From: Toensbergia leucococca
Taxonomy: Eukaryota
Assembly: GCA_022813965.1 (NCBI GenBank)
Contig: JALDZS010000057.1
Coordinates: 1-64,000, forward strand
Length of the DNA: 64,000 bases
Direction: 5' to 3'
Part shown: one piece after another, positions 39,751 to 52,209 of the stretch
Layout of the letters: each line of letters starts with the position of its first letter
How positions within the stretch are numbered: position 1 is the first letter of the stretch
The notes under the pieces: generated by a model
Told to the model about the DNA's origin: nothing
Databases searched by the model: none
Seen by the model: only the letters and a program-made list of their open reading frames with translations
Translations under genes and position numbers: made by a program

Positions 39751-40640
39751 ATGGACCAAGCTCAGAGTCAGTCAGTCTCGCCGACCGAAGATCAAGCCCA
39801 GAAACCGGAAACCCCCTTTCGGCTTTTGGATCTATCGATTGAGATCCGAAACATCATTTATCGCATGGTCTTACCTACTACTAGAGTCAGCATCGCGTCC
39901 TGCCATCTCAACCACCAGCTCCACTCCTACCGTAATTCAAAACTAACTACCACTCAACCCACTGCATCCAGGATCCTGCTTTTATATCGCCGCGTTTTCC
40001 GGTCATGCATGGAACACTACCGACGCCATCGCAACAGCTATGCGATGGTCGACTACTTCTTTGGGACCATCTTCAGAGATTCCGGTGCAAATGCGGGAAG
40101 GACGTACTATGCGATCACACATGCCCGCATGGAAGGCCTTGGCCTCCTCTCCGCGAGCCAGCAAACTTTGTCCGAATGCATTCCAGTCCTATATGGTGGA
40201 CTGACTCTCTACACGGAGAGTACGTATGCCCTTCTTGACTTCTTCCAGGATCGCGGTGCATTGGCTCTCCGCAATATCAAGAGGCTAGAAGTAGAAGTAT
40301 ACCTACTTCAAGCGGAGGAAGTCACCACTGAATATATGTACGACTGGCTGGACCTCTTTCGATTCGTTGCCGAGCAGTTACACAATTAAAGCACTTGAAA
40401 CTCAGTTTCCACGAACATTTGCCCTCATGGGATTCTCTGAACGTGGAGCAAGACGAGATGTTCGCGTGGGAGGAGGCTTTGACGGAAATAAGAGGCCTGC
40501 GGAGCTTTGAAATGGCCTTGAGTGGAGTTTGGTGGTTCGAGGAGGGACAAGAGGTTGAAGTCACGGAGGAGGAGAAGAACTTTCTGGACAAACGAACGGC
40601 TTACTTGAAAGAGAAGATGCTGAAGGAGTGCGACAAGTAG
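39751..40640 (+). pseudogene. Fungal hypothetical (F-box-like 'FRLLDL..EIRN.IY' family) with a single frameshift at ~40387
   Basis: ORF 39751-40389 (PFRLLDLSIEIRNIIYRMVL..LLSASQQTLSECIPVLYG) continues as KHLKLSF..ALTEIRGLRSFE in the adjacent frame after CACAATTAAAG; no intron signals at the junction. Confidence 0.65.
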
Positions 40641-41034
40641 GATATTCTCAAACAAGATAAAAGCTTTCTTCAAGAATTTTGGCTAGGGGGCACATCTTAC
40701 TAGGATTAAAAGAATTGAAAGATTGCCTCTCAAGTTGAGAACCCGATCAATCGTGCGAGGAACGAGAATGCTAGCGTTCAGGTGATACCTACCGTTACTA
40801 ACAGGCGAATGCTATCCTGAGAAGAGATTGGTAGGGCCTAAATGCTCGACGTGATTTGTGGTGTGTGTAACAAGACAAAGAGGCTGACATGCTGACATCA
40901 ATCGAAGGATGGCGCTTTCAGTTCGTTTGTCACATTGAATTTTGCCCGGAGAATCTTGAAATGCTTAGAAGGCGGCAATGATAGGTTGTAGGGTTTGCCT
41001 GGAAAAATGATTTGCATCCGAACATACCTACAAT

Positions 41035-41825
41035 TCAAAGCATGCCTTTACCCCTTTGTTCTTCTCGTTCTTGCCACACAGTTTTGCCAGAGCAAGAACA
41101 TACCGTCTTATCGTTATCCCAAACACCCGCACTCCTCGCAATCACCCCAACCAGCGTATCTTTATCCTCCTTTGCGAATGTTCCTTCGCGCTGTCTTGAA
41201 ATGACAATGCTTCTCCCGATCATTTCCCATGTTTGTATCGGTTTGTCTAAGAAGACACTCCCAACACCACCTTTATTGACCCCAACAGTCCCAAGTATTC
41301 CTTTTACAGAAGTTCTGGCCTCTTTTTTCGCTCGTAACGCATCCCATATTCCTCCCGTCGAAGCAGCACCATTTGATATATCCCCAGTCTCTCTTATAGT
41401 AGCATTGTATATCCCGGGTGATAATCCCCGGATTGTCAGATCTATAATTGTCATTGAAGGGGAGACTTGGACCATTCTTGCCAAACCACGAACGGTGTCT
41501 CGAACGCTCGTTGAATGTATTTCAAGTATGCATACTGCGGCGCTATCCGAGGCTCCGCTGCCTCGTAGTATCGCATCTCTGCCGGTATCTTGAATTGCTG
41601 CGACTATGGCGGAGGGTGCGGCTGTACCCTCTATGAAGACGAGCTGTTCTTTGAGATTTGCCTCGACTCTGTGTATTCCTGGAGAGGCGTCTCGTTAGCC
41701 CAATTGCTACCCGGCTTGATCTTGTTTAGCAATTGACCATTGATTGCATAAAGTGACCCGCTGATATCTTTGATGCAGCTATCGCAGGTCATGGGTACAG
41801 CGAAGATGGTCTGAAATGGATTCAT
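41035..41825 (-). CDS. CCS1: Copper chaperone for superoxide dismutase; 2 exons
   Basis: HMA domain FAVPMTCDSCI, SOD-like domain (GLARMVQVS..GDISNGAASTGG) and C-terminal VIARSAGVWDNDKTVCSCSGKTVW; intron 41679-41737. Confidence 0.95.
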
Positions 41826-42139
41826 TATCGCGTGCGTTATCTTATAATAATATAAAGTGGTAACGTGGAGACCTATGATTATGGTATGCAGAATCCTAAT
41901 AAGACACGAGCATGAGGTTCGAAAGCGTCGATTAGGCGTCGTCAAGCGATGAAGCGTCGAAGCGCCCGCCGCGGCTCGTTATTTATCCCAGCGCCAGCAA
42001 ATCCTCCAGGCACTACTCGAGGCTAATGTAGGCTATTAAAAGATACAGCGGGGCGACGGTCTCGAGACATGCACTCGCCACTCTCAGGACCTCGAGCGCA
42101 TTCCGCGCCATGTTCACATTCCGGTCCCAATGAAGTCCC

Positions 42140-43752
42140 ATGGCTTTACCCCCCTCCCCCGTCAGTTCCGAAAACTCCACCCCTCCCCCACCCTTACACA
42201 CCAACGGTACCACCAATGAACACTACATCAACCCCTCCCCCACAAGCCCTTTCACTCGCAAATCGCGCAAAGCCACAAAATCCTCTCTTCAGGCTTACTC
42301 CCCCTGGGAACAACCCGGCCAAACCCGAGGCCCGTACCACAATTATGTGCACTCCCTCGTCCAAGCCGGCTGGGACAAACTCAAGCCTCTAGACGCCTAC
42401 CTCTGCACCGACGTCGAAGACCAAGACCTCATAATCTCCGTCTTTGATATCAGTGATGACTATCAGCTCAAACGCTGGCCGGACATACACGATGAAGTCG
42501 TCCTTGCCAAATTTCTGGCAGAGCAAACCCGTGCTAGGGTGAAGGTACGGTTATATTTGGCTGAGCAGCGAGGGAATTTGGCCGCGGGGGTGATGGAGGC
42601 ATTGGGGAGCGCTCTGGATCTGGATCCGCGGTTCTTTCAATGGAGTGTCAGTGGTAATAAGCATATTCTGTCAGCGTCAGAGCATCATCGGGCTCCCTAT
42701 GTGAGTGTTGGGTTTGGGGTGCCGAAGGTCGAGACGGCCTCAAGGACAGATGCGGAGAACTTCAAGGTTTCCGTCTATATCCAGCCTGATGCCGTCGGCG
42801 ACGGATGGACTGGTTGGTCTTATTTTTATGAATGATCACCTACGATTTGTATGGCTTGGGCCATGGAAAGCGTTTCGAGGTACGACTTAACCTCGGAAAA
42901 ACTGACTTTCGATAGGAATCCTCCTCTTTAGCTCTCATAGTAAAATCGAACTCTCCTCACACAACATTAATCCCCCGCCCCTTTTTACCTCCCCGCGTCC
43001 CACTCCGATTACACCTAAGCCGGCCTCCTTCCGCTCCCTCTACCTTGAAACCTTCGCCTACCTCGACCTTGCCCAAGCGACCCTCTCCCCTTTCTACGCA
43101 ATCTCCCCCCTCCTCCGCCTAAACTGCTTCTGCTGGGGCAATGTCATCAACAGCATCCGTGATGAGGACCGCCGCATCAACGGCATCTCCGATACCACGG
43201 TCGGCCACTCGGAGGAAATCCAGAAGTCGCGCGCACTAGTACAGCGAGGGGGGAGTCTGAGTTGGCCCGGTGGTGAGGGCAAGCTGGCTGCAGAGGCGCG
43301 CCAGGCTTTGGAGGAGGATTTCAAGCATCTTGTCGAACAGACGGATTTGCTATGGCAGAATCGTGATAGGATGGCATCGATCCGGCAGCATAAGTCGGAG
43401 ACTCGCTGGACGACACTGACGAATAGCTTCACCTATGTGTATGTACTCACTCTGCCCACCGTCGCTCTACCCCCATACGTCGGCTTCAGCTATCCATGAC
43501 ATACTAATTGCCCACGGCAGCTTTGCACCCATCACCATCATGAGCGGCATCTACGGCATGAACGTGGCTCAGATCAGCGGCAGCTCCTCCAACCCCAACA
43601 TCTGGCAATTCTTCGTTGCCGTCGTAGCACTAAACGTTCTTGTTCTCATGATCCTTGCTCTCTCCAACTGGGTGCACATCATGACCAAGCATGGCAGGAG
43701 AGCGGGCGCCAAGGAAGTTTTCGGCTTTGCCGTGGGGAAGGTGGCGCGATGA
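42140..43752 (+). CDS. CorA-like Mg2+ transporter domain protein; 3 exons
   Basis: Introns ~42813-42914 and 43439-43520. C-terminal TLTNSFTYVFAPITIMSGIYGMNV (GMN motif) plus a TM helix; LGSALDLDPRFF motif upstream. Confidence 0.85.
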
Positions 43753-43769
43753 ACTGTCTTAAGAGGCAG

Positions 43770-45110
43770 AAAAGACTTGTATATATATAATATGTTGATG
43801 ATTATGTTTGAGATAAAACGTCCTCTTTTATATGTGATTATAGACTAGGAAATATTGAGTGTTATGTTTACTTTGTTATGTATAAGTGTCAGAGTCTGAC
43901 TCATATGTGATGCAGAGTATAACTAGAATTCAACTATAAGAGGAACAAGGTCTATTTAAGGGGGTGAGTGAGTATATAACTCACTCACTTATCTAATCAT
44001 GTGATTAAATCTATCTACTGTATAATCTGTTATATAAGATACTAGTTCTATAGTCTGTTCATCATCTGAAGTTCAATTGAAATCATGTCTTATACTCAGT
44101 CCTTCAGTGAGGTCTGAGCTGAGAATCAATACATTTACTTAAGAATTTCATTATACTCACTATTAACCTCTCTAACACATTCTTATCTTTACACATCTAT
44201 TTAGTCATGACTCTTACTCATACTCTCTTAAAGAGACAGATTACTGAACTAGCTGATAAGCATTATAATAAATATCATAAGATATATGCTTTTAGAAAGT
44301 ACATTGTGAGTGAAAGATTTGTGATGTTAATGAAATGAGTGAGTAAGGCTTGAAGGTAAACAGCATAGAGATAAAGCAGACTTGATACACAAAATCATCA
44401 GACAAGTAGAACTTTTTCTAATTGTGAATGAGAGTGAGAATAAGAAGTTATAAATCAAGAATATATCAGATATTTAGATGAGGGACTGAACTAAAAGATC
44501 TGAAGGTGAAGAAACAATTAATCTTAACTCAGTAAATGAAAATAAGAAGGAAGAAGAGAAGAAAGGGAAGGAGAGAAAGGAGAAGAAGAAGAAGAAGAAG
44601 GTTTAGGTATTTGACACTAATAATAAGAATGATGATAAGAATGACAATAAGGAGGTGAAATACATATCTGAGACCCCCCTCTCACATGTAGATAATATCT
44701 TACTAAATATTATTTTATAGATTAAAAGTGTCTCAGTCTTTTAGAACTGATTTGAAATCATATCTTATAGCGCAGTATATCTTGTAAACTGACCATATCT
44801 TATATAACAGATTATACAGTAGTTTCATAGAGTTTTATAAGCTCTAAGGATGATCATTGCATTAAGTTAAAGTAGTTTAGAGTGAACTTATGACAGTAAG
44901 ACTTAGATTAGTTGATTTGTAGTTGAGTTAATAATGATCAGTAAATTTCAAATGTTGTATGATTTTGATTTTTTTTAAATGAAAAGAAATTTTGGTTATT
45001 GAGATATCTGAACTCATAAGAGTGATGTGAAGTTATTATGTTCTTCAAGTAATATTGCACCTAGACTCTAGGCAGTAAGTGTTATCAATGTATCAAGTTC
45101 TAGACTCAGC
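43770..45110. mobile_element. AT-rich, CpG-depleted hypermutated repeat relic (family unassignable)
   Basis: Abrupt compositional shift between two genes; almost no CG dinucleotides; no ORF of 60 aa or more. Confidence 0.6.
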
Positions 45111-45363
45111 TCTTAGTAATCAATGAGGCTGTAGAATGCAATGCGCTGCGGCTCCGTCCTGAGAAGATAAGGCAGCCTTGTCCTTGACCTTGTCTTTGCT
45201 TTCAAGGAATGATCCACAATGACTGGTGCCTTGTTATTGCGATCCGAGTGTGTAGCGCTTTTCTTGCAAGCTTCATATGAACAGCCCTTTGCGACTTCTC
45301 GGCTTGATCTCTCTCTGTTCATATAGTCAGCCTAAATACCCATATTTACGAAGACTCAAAACT

Positions 45364-47637
45364 ATGGTATTTTCCAATCAATTTGCGCTGTCCCTTGAAG
45401 TAACCCGTCTTGTGCCTCTCAAATATCTTGCCGACAAGGCTTCGCAAGCTATTATCAACTATGCCCGAGTGCTCGACCACTCTGGTTCGGATATCGTTGT
45501 TGAGAATGACCTCGTGGAGGCTTTTGGTCGAAGTCAGATATCATCAACGCTTAGCTCGACATTCAAGAATGTTGTCAAATCTAGTACTTCAAGCACTTCG
45601 CTCTGGGACGACATTACCCTTCAGGGTGGCCCTGGACCAACTGTTGATCGAGCCCTCCAACAGCCACCCTTTTTCTCCATGGTAATTCAACTCTCGCTCT
45701 TGACTTGGTTTTACGAGTCCAAATATCTTGCGACTGAAATCTCAGAGGCGCTGAAGATGCGTCTGGAAGGGGCGCATGTGCCAACAATGACTGCCACACC
45801 CAGTCGAGAAGGCATCCTCAAGGTATTGCAAAGTTGTGAAAAGCAGACATCGGCTTTCAACTGGAACATGTTGCTCGCCGCTGTCGCCAACTCCCTAGCG
45901 TACCCAGCAAATAACCAGAATTGCGGATTGCCGTCAATAATCTTGCAAGGTGCGATTGATATGTTTCCAATGGTCCAGACCCTGCCTCAAGATCGCCTTG
46001 TCTACATTCGTATTCCGAATGGGCCTGGTCACCAGTCTTCGAGTGTCTGCCCGCTAGTAGTATGGACACATCATGTTCTAGGTCTTACAGTTATGGTCAA
46101 ACTGGATCGGCAGGATTATCCAAGTGTACATTTTGGTGATGCGAGCTTCGACCAAGTCATCATCGAAGAAGTAGCCCTCAACGAGGAGTCCTCGATTTCT
46201 TTACTCGATGCTTCAGGCGAAGAATTGCTTAGCATCAAACCAGATCCTGAGGAAGATTTCACGTTAATTAGCTCTGTCAGGCGGCTCTCAGTAAGAGAAT
46301 GGGGCACGGCATTCCTCTTAGACTACCTCATACAGTTCGAGTACCCAGATTCTCAACAAGTAGCTGTTTTACGAGAGCTGCAGGTAGTAAGTTGTGCCTT
46401 TGCTCAGCTCATTGCGAAGCATCTCATGCGGGATGATGCTGGTAGACTGTTTGCCGATGACTTTTCTTCGCCAGAATTTGCTAGTGAGACGTCTAGCATT
46501 CCACATTATACAGATCCACACAATGTAATCACGGTATCAAATATACTATTTCGCGATGCTGCCATTGCCCAAGGAGATTTGAATTCGTACATCAGTGCGT
46601 ACACGTCAAAAGCTCTCGATGGCCAACTTCCACTCCCAACTGCTCTCGGCGCTGCGGCGAGATCATGCAAATTTGATGAAGCGAAGACATTGGATCACTG
46701 GGATATACTGTGTCGCCAGCTTCGATATCTTGCCATCTATATCATTACCTTCGCACACATCCTGAACACAAAGGACTGTGAATCCTTGATCTTTTGTGGC
46801 GACGCTGCGGAGGAACTTCATAATCACCACCTGGCTCAGCAGCTTGAGGATTGGGACGGAAAGAATAGTCTGTACGTTCGAGACGACACCTGGCTACAGG
46901 CAATCACAGTTCTTCTCGCAGGAAATTCACAAGATATCTGGTCATTTCCGTGGGATCGAGTTTGTCTTGTATCAAATCGAGGATGGAGTGCCTGGCTGCC
47001 CACCTTTGCAATCTCTGACCCAGAATACATTCATGTTGGTGGGTTGTTCATTGGCAGAGGCAGTCCGTGTAGGAAGGGCGTTTGGAAGCTGGGTGTTCGG
47101 GATATGCCTCAGGCTTTGAATCTTGACACGGAACCAGAATTGGCCGCAGGGCCTGGAGAGCGAGTTACTCTTCGCTGCTCGGAGAATGTAACATTCGACA
47201 CTCCATACTGTGGCGAAGGTGGAGATGTATTTTTTGTCTATTGTCGCCTTAAACGATACCATGCGTCTGGTTGCCAGAAACTGTCGAAGATAGGATATCG
47301 AGACCTCCATAAATCGCTGTGGTGGGCCCAGGTCACCAACGCTTGCCAGCATAGGCGGGCACAAGACCAAGATGAGTTTGAGCTTCCAATCGGCTGCGGA
47401 ACGCTGACAGGATTTGGACACCATGTCATGGACACGGAAGAAAGAATTTTGATTTGCCTTACGGCGAAGAGTATAGGTGCTCGGTGGCTGGCATTGTTAC
47501 TTTTGCCGTTTATGAATGTCCCAGGGGACCCAGACGATCAGCCTCGTAGGATATGGATACGTAGCAGTAGATGCTGCTTTCGATGCGCAATTGATCAAGC
47601 TGCATTGAAGATCGGGAGGTCTTTCCTGGTTCTCTAA
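45364..47637 (+). CDS. Intronless 757-aa fungal hypothetical protein
   Basis: Long uninterrupted ORF (45277-47637); likely start MVFSNQFALSLEVTRLVP; C-terminal CCFRCAIDQA motif; no function recognised. Confidence 0.8.
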   Translation: MVFSNQFALSLEVTRLVPLKYLADKASQAIINYARVLDHSGSDIVVENDLVEAFGRSQISSTLSSTFKNVVKSSTSSTSLWDDITLQGGPGPTVDRALQQPPFFSMVIQLSLLTWFYESKYLATEISEALKMRLEGAHVPTMTATPSREGILKVLQSCEKQTSAFNWNMLLAAVANSLAYPANNQNCGLPSIILQGAIDMFPMVQTLPQDRLVYIRIPNGPGHQSSSVCPLVVWTHHVLGLTVMVKLDRQDYPSVHFGDASFDQVIIEEVALNEESSISLLDASGEELLSIKPDPEEDFTLISSVRRLSVREWGTAFLLDYLIQFEYPDSQQVAVLRELQVVSCAFAQLIAKHLMRDDAGRLFADDFSSPEFASETSSIPHYTDPHNVITVSNILFRDAAIAQGDLNSYISAYTSKALDGQLPLPTALGAAARSCKFDEAKTLDHWDILCRQLRYLAIYIITFAHILNTKDCESLIFCGDAAEELHNHHLAQQLEDWDGKNSLYVRDDTWLQAITVLLAGNSQDIWSFPWDRVCLVSNRGWSAWLPTFAISDPEYIHVGGLFIGRGSPCRKGVWKLGVRDMPQALNLDTEPELAAGPGERVTLRCSENVTFDTPYCGEGGDVFFVYCRLKRYHASGCQKLSKIGYRDLHKSLWWAQVTNACQHRRAQDQDEFELPIGCGTLTGFGHHVMDTEERILICLTAKSIGARWLALLLLPFMNVPGDPDDQPRRIWIRSSRCCFRCAIDQAALKIGRSFLVL

Positions 47638-47842
47638 AGTGGGATAGTAATTTTATTTTGAGAAAAAACTCAACTTATTTCTTAACAAATATTTCTGACT
47701 AGTCTGAGGTACATACCTATGTCACCAAGGTACTCTAAGTCATGACATTTCATAAAATCATACGGTAGCTTTGTATTTGTTATCTGGAGATTCTAGATGA
47801 GGAAGGTTGTTGTCTTTTGTCATCATGACTGTGCATGGATAT

Positions 47843-48030
47843 TGCTGATTCCATTGTAGGTGCTGACCATATTGGTGTTGCTGACCACACTGTAGATGCT
47901 GACCATATTGAAGATGCTGACCATATTGAAGATGCTGACCATATTGAAGATGCTGACCATATTGAAGATGCTGACCATATTGAAGATGCTGACCATATTG
48001 AAGATGCTGACCATATTGAAGATGCTGACC
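47843..48030. repeat. 18-bp minisatellite TGCTGACCATATTGAAGA (7 perfect, 3 degenerate, 1 partial copy)
   Basis: Perfect copies at 47897-48022; degenerate copies at 47843, 47861 and 47879. Confidence 0.95.
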
Positions 48031-48183
48031 GTCACTACAGACATCCATCCCTTTCATCAAGACCACATAACCTCCCCTCATCTCATCCCCTAAACACTAA
48101 CTTACCATCTTCCCATTCTCCTCACCTCTACACCACCAATCAAAAAAAATCCCACACCTCTCAATCCAAAAACCTCGTCGAAC

Positions 48184-48327
48184 ATGCGTCTCTCCATCGC
48201 CTACCTTCTCATAGCAGCTTCATGCGCTCTCGCCGTGGCTATGCCTCTGCAAGACGCGCCTGCTGTTGCTGAGCGCGAGGTCGAGTGCCTTGACTGTGGC
48301 GGGTGCTTCGATGGCCATTGCACTTGA
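48184..48327 (+). CDS. 47-aa small secreted cysteine-rich peptide precursor (below the ORF-track cutoff)
   Basis: MRLSIAYLLIAASCALAVA-MPLQDAPAVAER-EVECLDCGGCFDGHCT*: signal-peptide pattern, pro-segment and 4-Cys tail. Good start context AACATG, two predicted 3'-UTR introns and AATAAA at ~48572. Confidence 0.7.
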   Translation: MRLSIAYLLIAASCALAVAMPLQDAPAVAEREVECLDCGGCFDGHCT

Positions 48328-48833
48328 TCCGGAAACTGAGGGGTGGTAGGTAAAAGAGCTGCCCCATCAAAGTGCGTGGCTTTCTGACTCTGTTTTTCTA
48401 GCGGGTCATGTCTTATTGGCTTGACTTTGACAATGGTACCGTATGTGTTGAGTTTGGCCCGACAGAAAAAGGAAGCAATAGCAGGATCAGACAGTGCTGA
48501 TTTTCTCAACAAGCAAGTCTCTCGACACCACCGAGATTAGTAAAATCTCCCTGGCTGTAAGATGAATGAAGAATAAAACACTCTTTTGATGTGCTGCCAT
48601 CTATGTGGAGGTTGTAGATAAGCTCGAGGTTTGAGAAGCAATCATATACTACATACATACCATTTCAGCAGTTTTTCTGTTTGACAAGTGCATCAATTAC
48701 TACCTAGGCTTGAAATCCTATTATGTGAGTTTCAGAAGCGGGTATCTTGCGATTGGTGCATCCACGCTTCTTACTGTGCTCAGTCATCGTTCTAGACTGC
48801 GGACCCGTCACTGGATTTTCTGACTTATATCAG

Positions 48834-50080
48834 CTACAAGCTCTGCTTGATTTTCACATTCAAATCAATGTCTTTGTGGATGAGCAGTGTGATGATATCC
48901 TCGTTACCATTTTGCGCTGCCAGATGAAGCACTGCCCATCCGTCATAGTTGACGGCGTTCCTGTTCGCGCCTCTGTCAAGTAATAATGTCGCTACGTCCA
49001 AATATCCATTCCGTACCGCGTGATGGAGCGCCGTATAGCCAGAGTTGTCAGCCACATCAATCTCAGCTCCGGAATCTAATAGGAGTCGAGCTATCTTCAT
49101 GTTCCCGCCCTTGGCGGCCAGGTGCAGCGTAGTCATTCCTACGGAGGTCCGCCGGTGGCCGGCGAGCCTTTTAGAATGTAGTAAACGGCCGCTAACTCGG
49201 CTCGAACTCAATGAAACCGGGTTTGATTTGTCTGCGGTCTGAACTTTCCTCGTTGTACTGATCTGCTTCAAGGGTTTGCTTGAAGTTTCCTATAGTGATA
49301 GAGCTGTCAGAATTAGACTTGAAAAAAAGTGCCAAAAACAAGATCATCCCTGGTTTGAATACAAATCATGTGAGCCTACGTTGTGATGACCTGCAGAATG
49401 CTTTGATAGGTTCGTTTGCAGAGCATCCTGCTGCCCCAGCACTATACCCTGTGCCAGAGAATCCCTCGCATGATGGCCAGGATAGATATGGCTTGGATAC
49501 GCTTGATTTTCTTCCAGAGCTTCGATACCTACATAGGCCGGCATATCTTCGGAATTTGGAGTGAGGCACTGCAAATCAGATGGCGGCTGTGTGGGTAAAT
49601 CGCAAGGCTCTACAGCTTGGCCATCATGTGTCGGCAGAAGAGGTGACGTTGGCCATGTGTCCCAGTCTTCGGCGGAGGAGAGAATATCAGAAAACGCCAT
49701 GTTTTCATCTATATCGAAGTTCTCGTCGAACTCGAGATAGCCACAGGCTGCACCATCACTATACATTTCATCATCACGTGGAAATTGGGCAATTTCTCCG
49801 CCAAAGTCCTCATCGTCCTGTTGGCCAGCGGATCCGTGGAGACGATGAAGCTTGTGATATTGTGGCATTAAATTTGCGCCTTGATGCGTGGGATCAGAGG
49901 GTAGCCCTTGCGCGTGTTCCTGTCTAGTAGCTCGCTTGCTTCCTAGAGGTTCAGGTCTTAGCGGAAGCTGGACTTGAACAAGCTTTGATGGGAAGGTTTC
50001 ATACGCAGCTTTCTTTGAGCGAGCCGATTCTGCAGTCTACGTCGCTCGAGAGACTTGACATCAACGTTGGGCGTCCGCAT
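48834..50080 (-). CDS. bZIP-basic-region plus ankyrin-repeat (bANK, ToxE/Aps2-type architecture) transcription factor; 3 exons
   Basis: Exon 1 MRTPNVDVKSLERRRLQNRLAQRKLR; introns 49943-50004 and 49290-49379; three C-terminal ankyrin repeats (TTLHLAAKGG, TALHHAVRNG, AVLHLAAQNG). Confidence 0.8.
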
Positions 50081-52209
50081 GGCTGCCTGTTCGGATGGCC
50101 GAAAGCATGGTCATGGGCGGAAAGTGTTCAATGACATGGATGTCATTGAAAAAAGAGGGACAGAAACATGACAATGATAAGCTGAAGATTGAGAGAATGA
50201 TTGCGGTATGGGGAAAGTAAAGAACCAATGGCGTCAGTAACTTGATAGCGGAGCATGAACTATCAACACGATGGAAAGGGCCATCCTAATTGGTCAGAAC
50301 AAAGGAGGCTCGGGAGGATGGCTAAACTAAGAGTCTGCTCGCAGGCACACCAAAACCGACAGTTGTAGTCTTCAGAGGCGTAGATGGGGGATCAATTGTT
50401 GTTGGCAGTGCAATGCCTGGCAAATTGCCAATTGCAAAATGAACATGAGATCTATTTCTCCTGCAGATTTAACGGTGAAAGACTGAGGAGCTCAAAAGCA
50501 CGACACACGCAGTTGAGATGGCATGGCTAGGTACCTTGGGTAGTTCTTATCTTACCTTTGATTGAGGAGTTAACAAGAGGTACAGACACTAAGTCCAAGG
50601 ACGGAGACAGGGCCAAAGGGGTAGATCAAAACATAGATAAAAAGACGTTATCTTGGCAGGGGCCGAGCCTCGAATCAAGCTAGAATATGACGTCACTTAT
50701 CGCACTTGTCCTGAAGCGCTAGCAAACAGCATGTCGACTCATCCAAGCAGTCCGAAGCGGCCATTTAATTGAACGTTGGAAAGTTCGGAGGACCTATATT
50801 TTAGGCCTAGGCCTGCCAGGGGAATCAATCGACTCGATCGATATAAATGATATGTGAAAGCGCATGCGCGAAGCTTCCCTGATCGAGAAGGTCTTTGAGT
50901 AGTTCAGTCTTGTTTTTCTCATTGTGTCTAAAGGGTTCCTGTACATGCGAGACACTGCTCGCATTCAAGCTTAGAGATCAATGACTTCTAACGGACAGAA
51001 CATCTAACCTCGCATTGAATAGCCTCTATCAAATTCTACTTTACAGCCTTATATCAGCACCGTCTACACTTTAGAGAAAGAACCTTCCACCGCCTAGATT
51101 TGGTCAACGTCAGGCATGATACGAAGATCTATTGTTGAGCCCTGGCCCGGACGTCGTACCCTTTGCCATGGCCAACCTTTCGCGACACGAGCGCGCTACC
51201 ATCATGAAATTTCCGTCGGCCAATTCCCTTGATCTTTCGACGTCTATAGACTTAACCAGATCTCCTTCTAGTTCATCGCTTTCCTTAACTCCCTGAAAAA
51301 ATCCTCTTTCGGCTGAGTAGTCCCTACGCTCAAACTCAAGATTTATTCTGAGGACAAACTGTACCTCAAATCCTTGAAGAGACAAATTTGTTGCCAGGAA
51401 TGCCATCGTTAGGTAAATCAACTTGGCAGCATTTCGTACTGATCCCCAACAAACATTTCAGAAAATTTGATCGTTGTGATCTTATCGTTGTGATCTTATT
51501 GTTCCACCTTCGCACGTTTTTTTCAGCGTCTGATAGACTGTGCTCTGGACAAACAATTTCGTTACAAGCGCAACGGTAGCAGAACAGACTGCAGGATGAC
51601 CATGCATTCAGCTTTCTCACAATATCACCTATATCGACTTTTCAAATATATCAAAGCCTGTCAAGAATGAATTATATTCGAACATGCGACAGTATCAACG
51701 TGGTCAATGTTCTTGGGTGAGATTGCATTTCTACTGTAAATCTAAAGATTCCCTTCGTTATGTCGGTCTTGTTTCAAACGCCACAAGAGCCGAATCTACG
51801 TTATTTTCTAGAACACTATCGTGCTGGAGTCATAATCTCATATTAGGTTCGATTCCTAATGGCGCTGGTACAATGGTGTAGTGGGTTTTGTGTTCTCTAC
51901 TATGGACAGTCTTAAGCGCCTCATAAATCAGACCGAGGGATGTGAGAACCTCGATTGATACCAACCTATTAGCTCGACACAATTTGGGGCCGGATGTACT
52001 TGCAAGAGTGTAAGATCATGATTCTGGCAAGTCACTGAATACGGAGGAGCTTGCTTATGAGTGCATAAAGTTGATCAGATGAATATCAGTACTGTAGCCC
52101 TCGATCTAAATCTGCGATCCCAACGCATTACTTTGCTGCCGTCATAACATCAAAAAACCACGCATTCTCAGCCATTCGAACCATATGTCGTCACTCAGAC
52201 CGCTAGCAT

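Noticed and set aside
47758..48081. YGQHLQ-repeat ORF as a fungal RiPP (dikaritin) precursor
   Set aside because: No signal peptide, no Kex2 KR sites, no DUF3328 gene nearby, and no synonymous variation among the perfect repeats.
19400..51900. Starship element
   Set aside because: No DUF3435 tyrosine-recombinase captain recognised, and the region contains the core gene CCS1.
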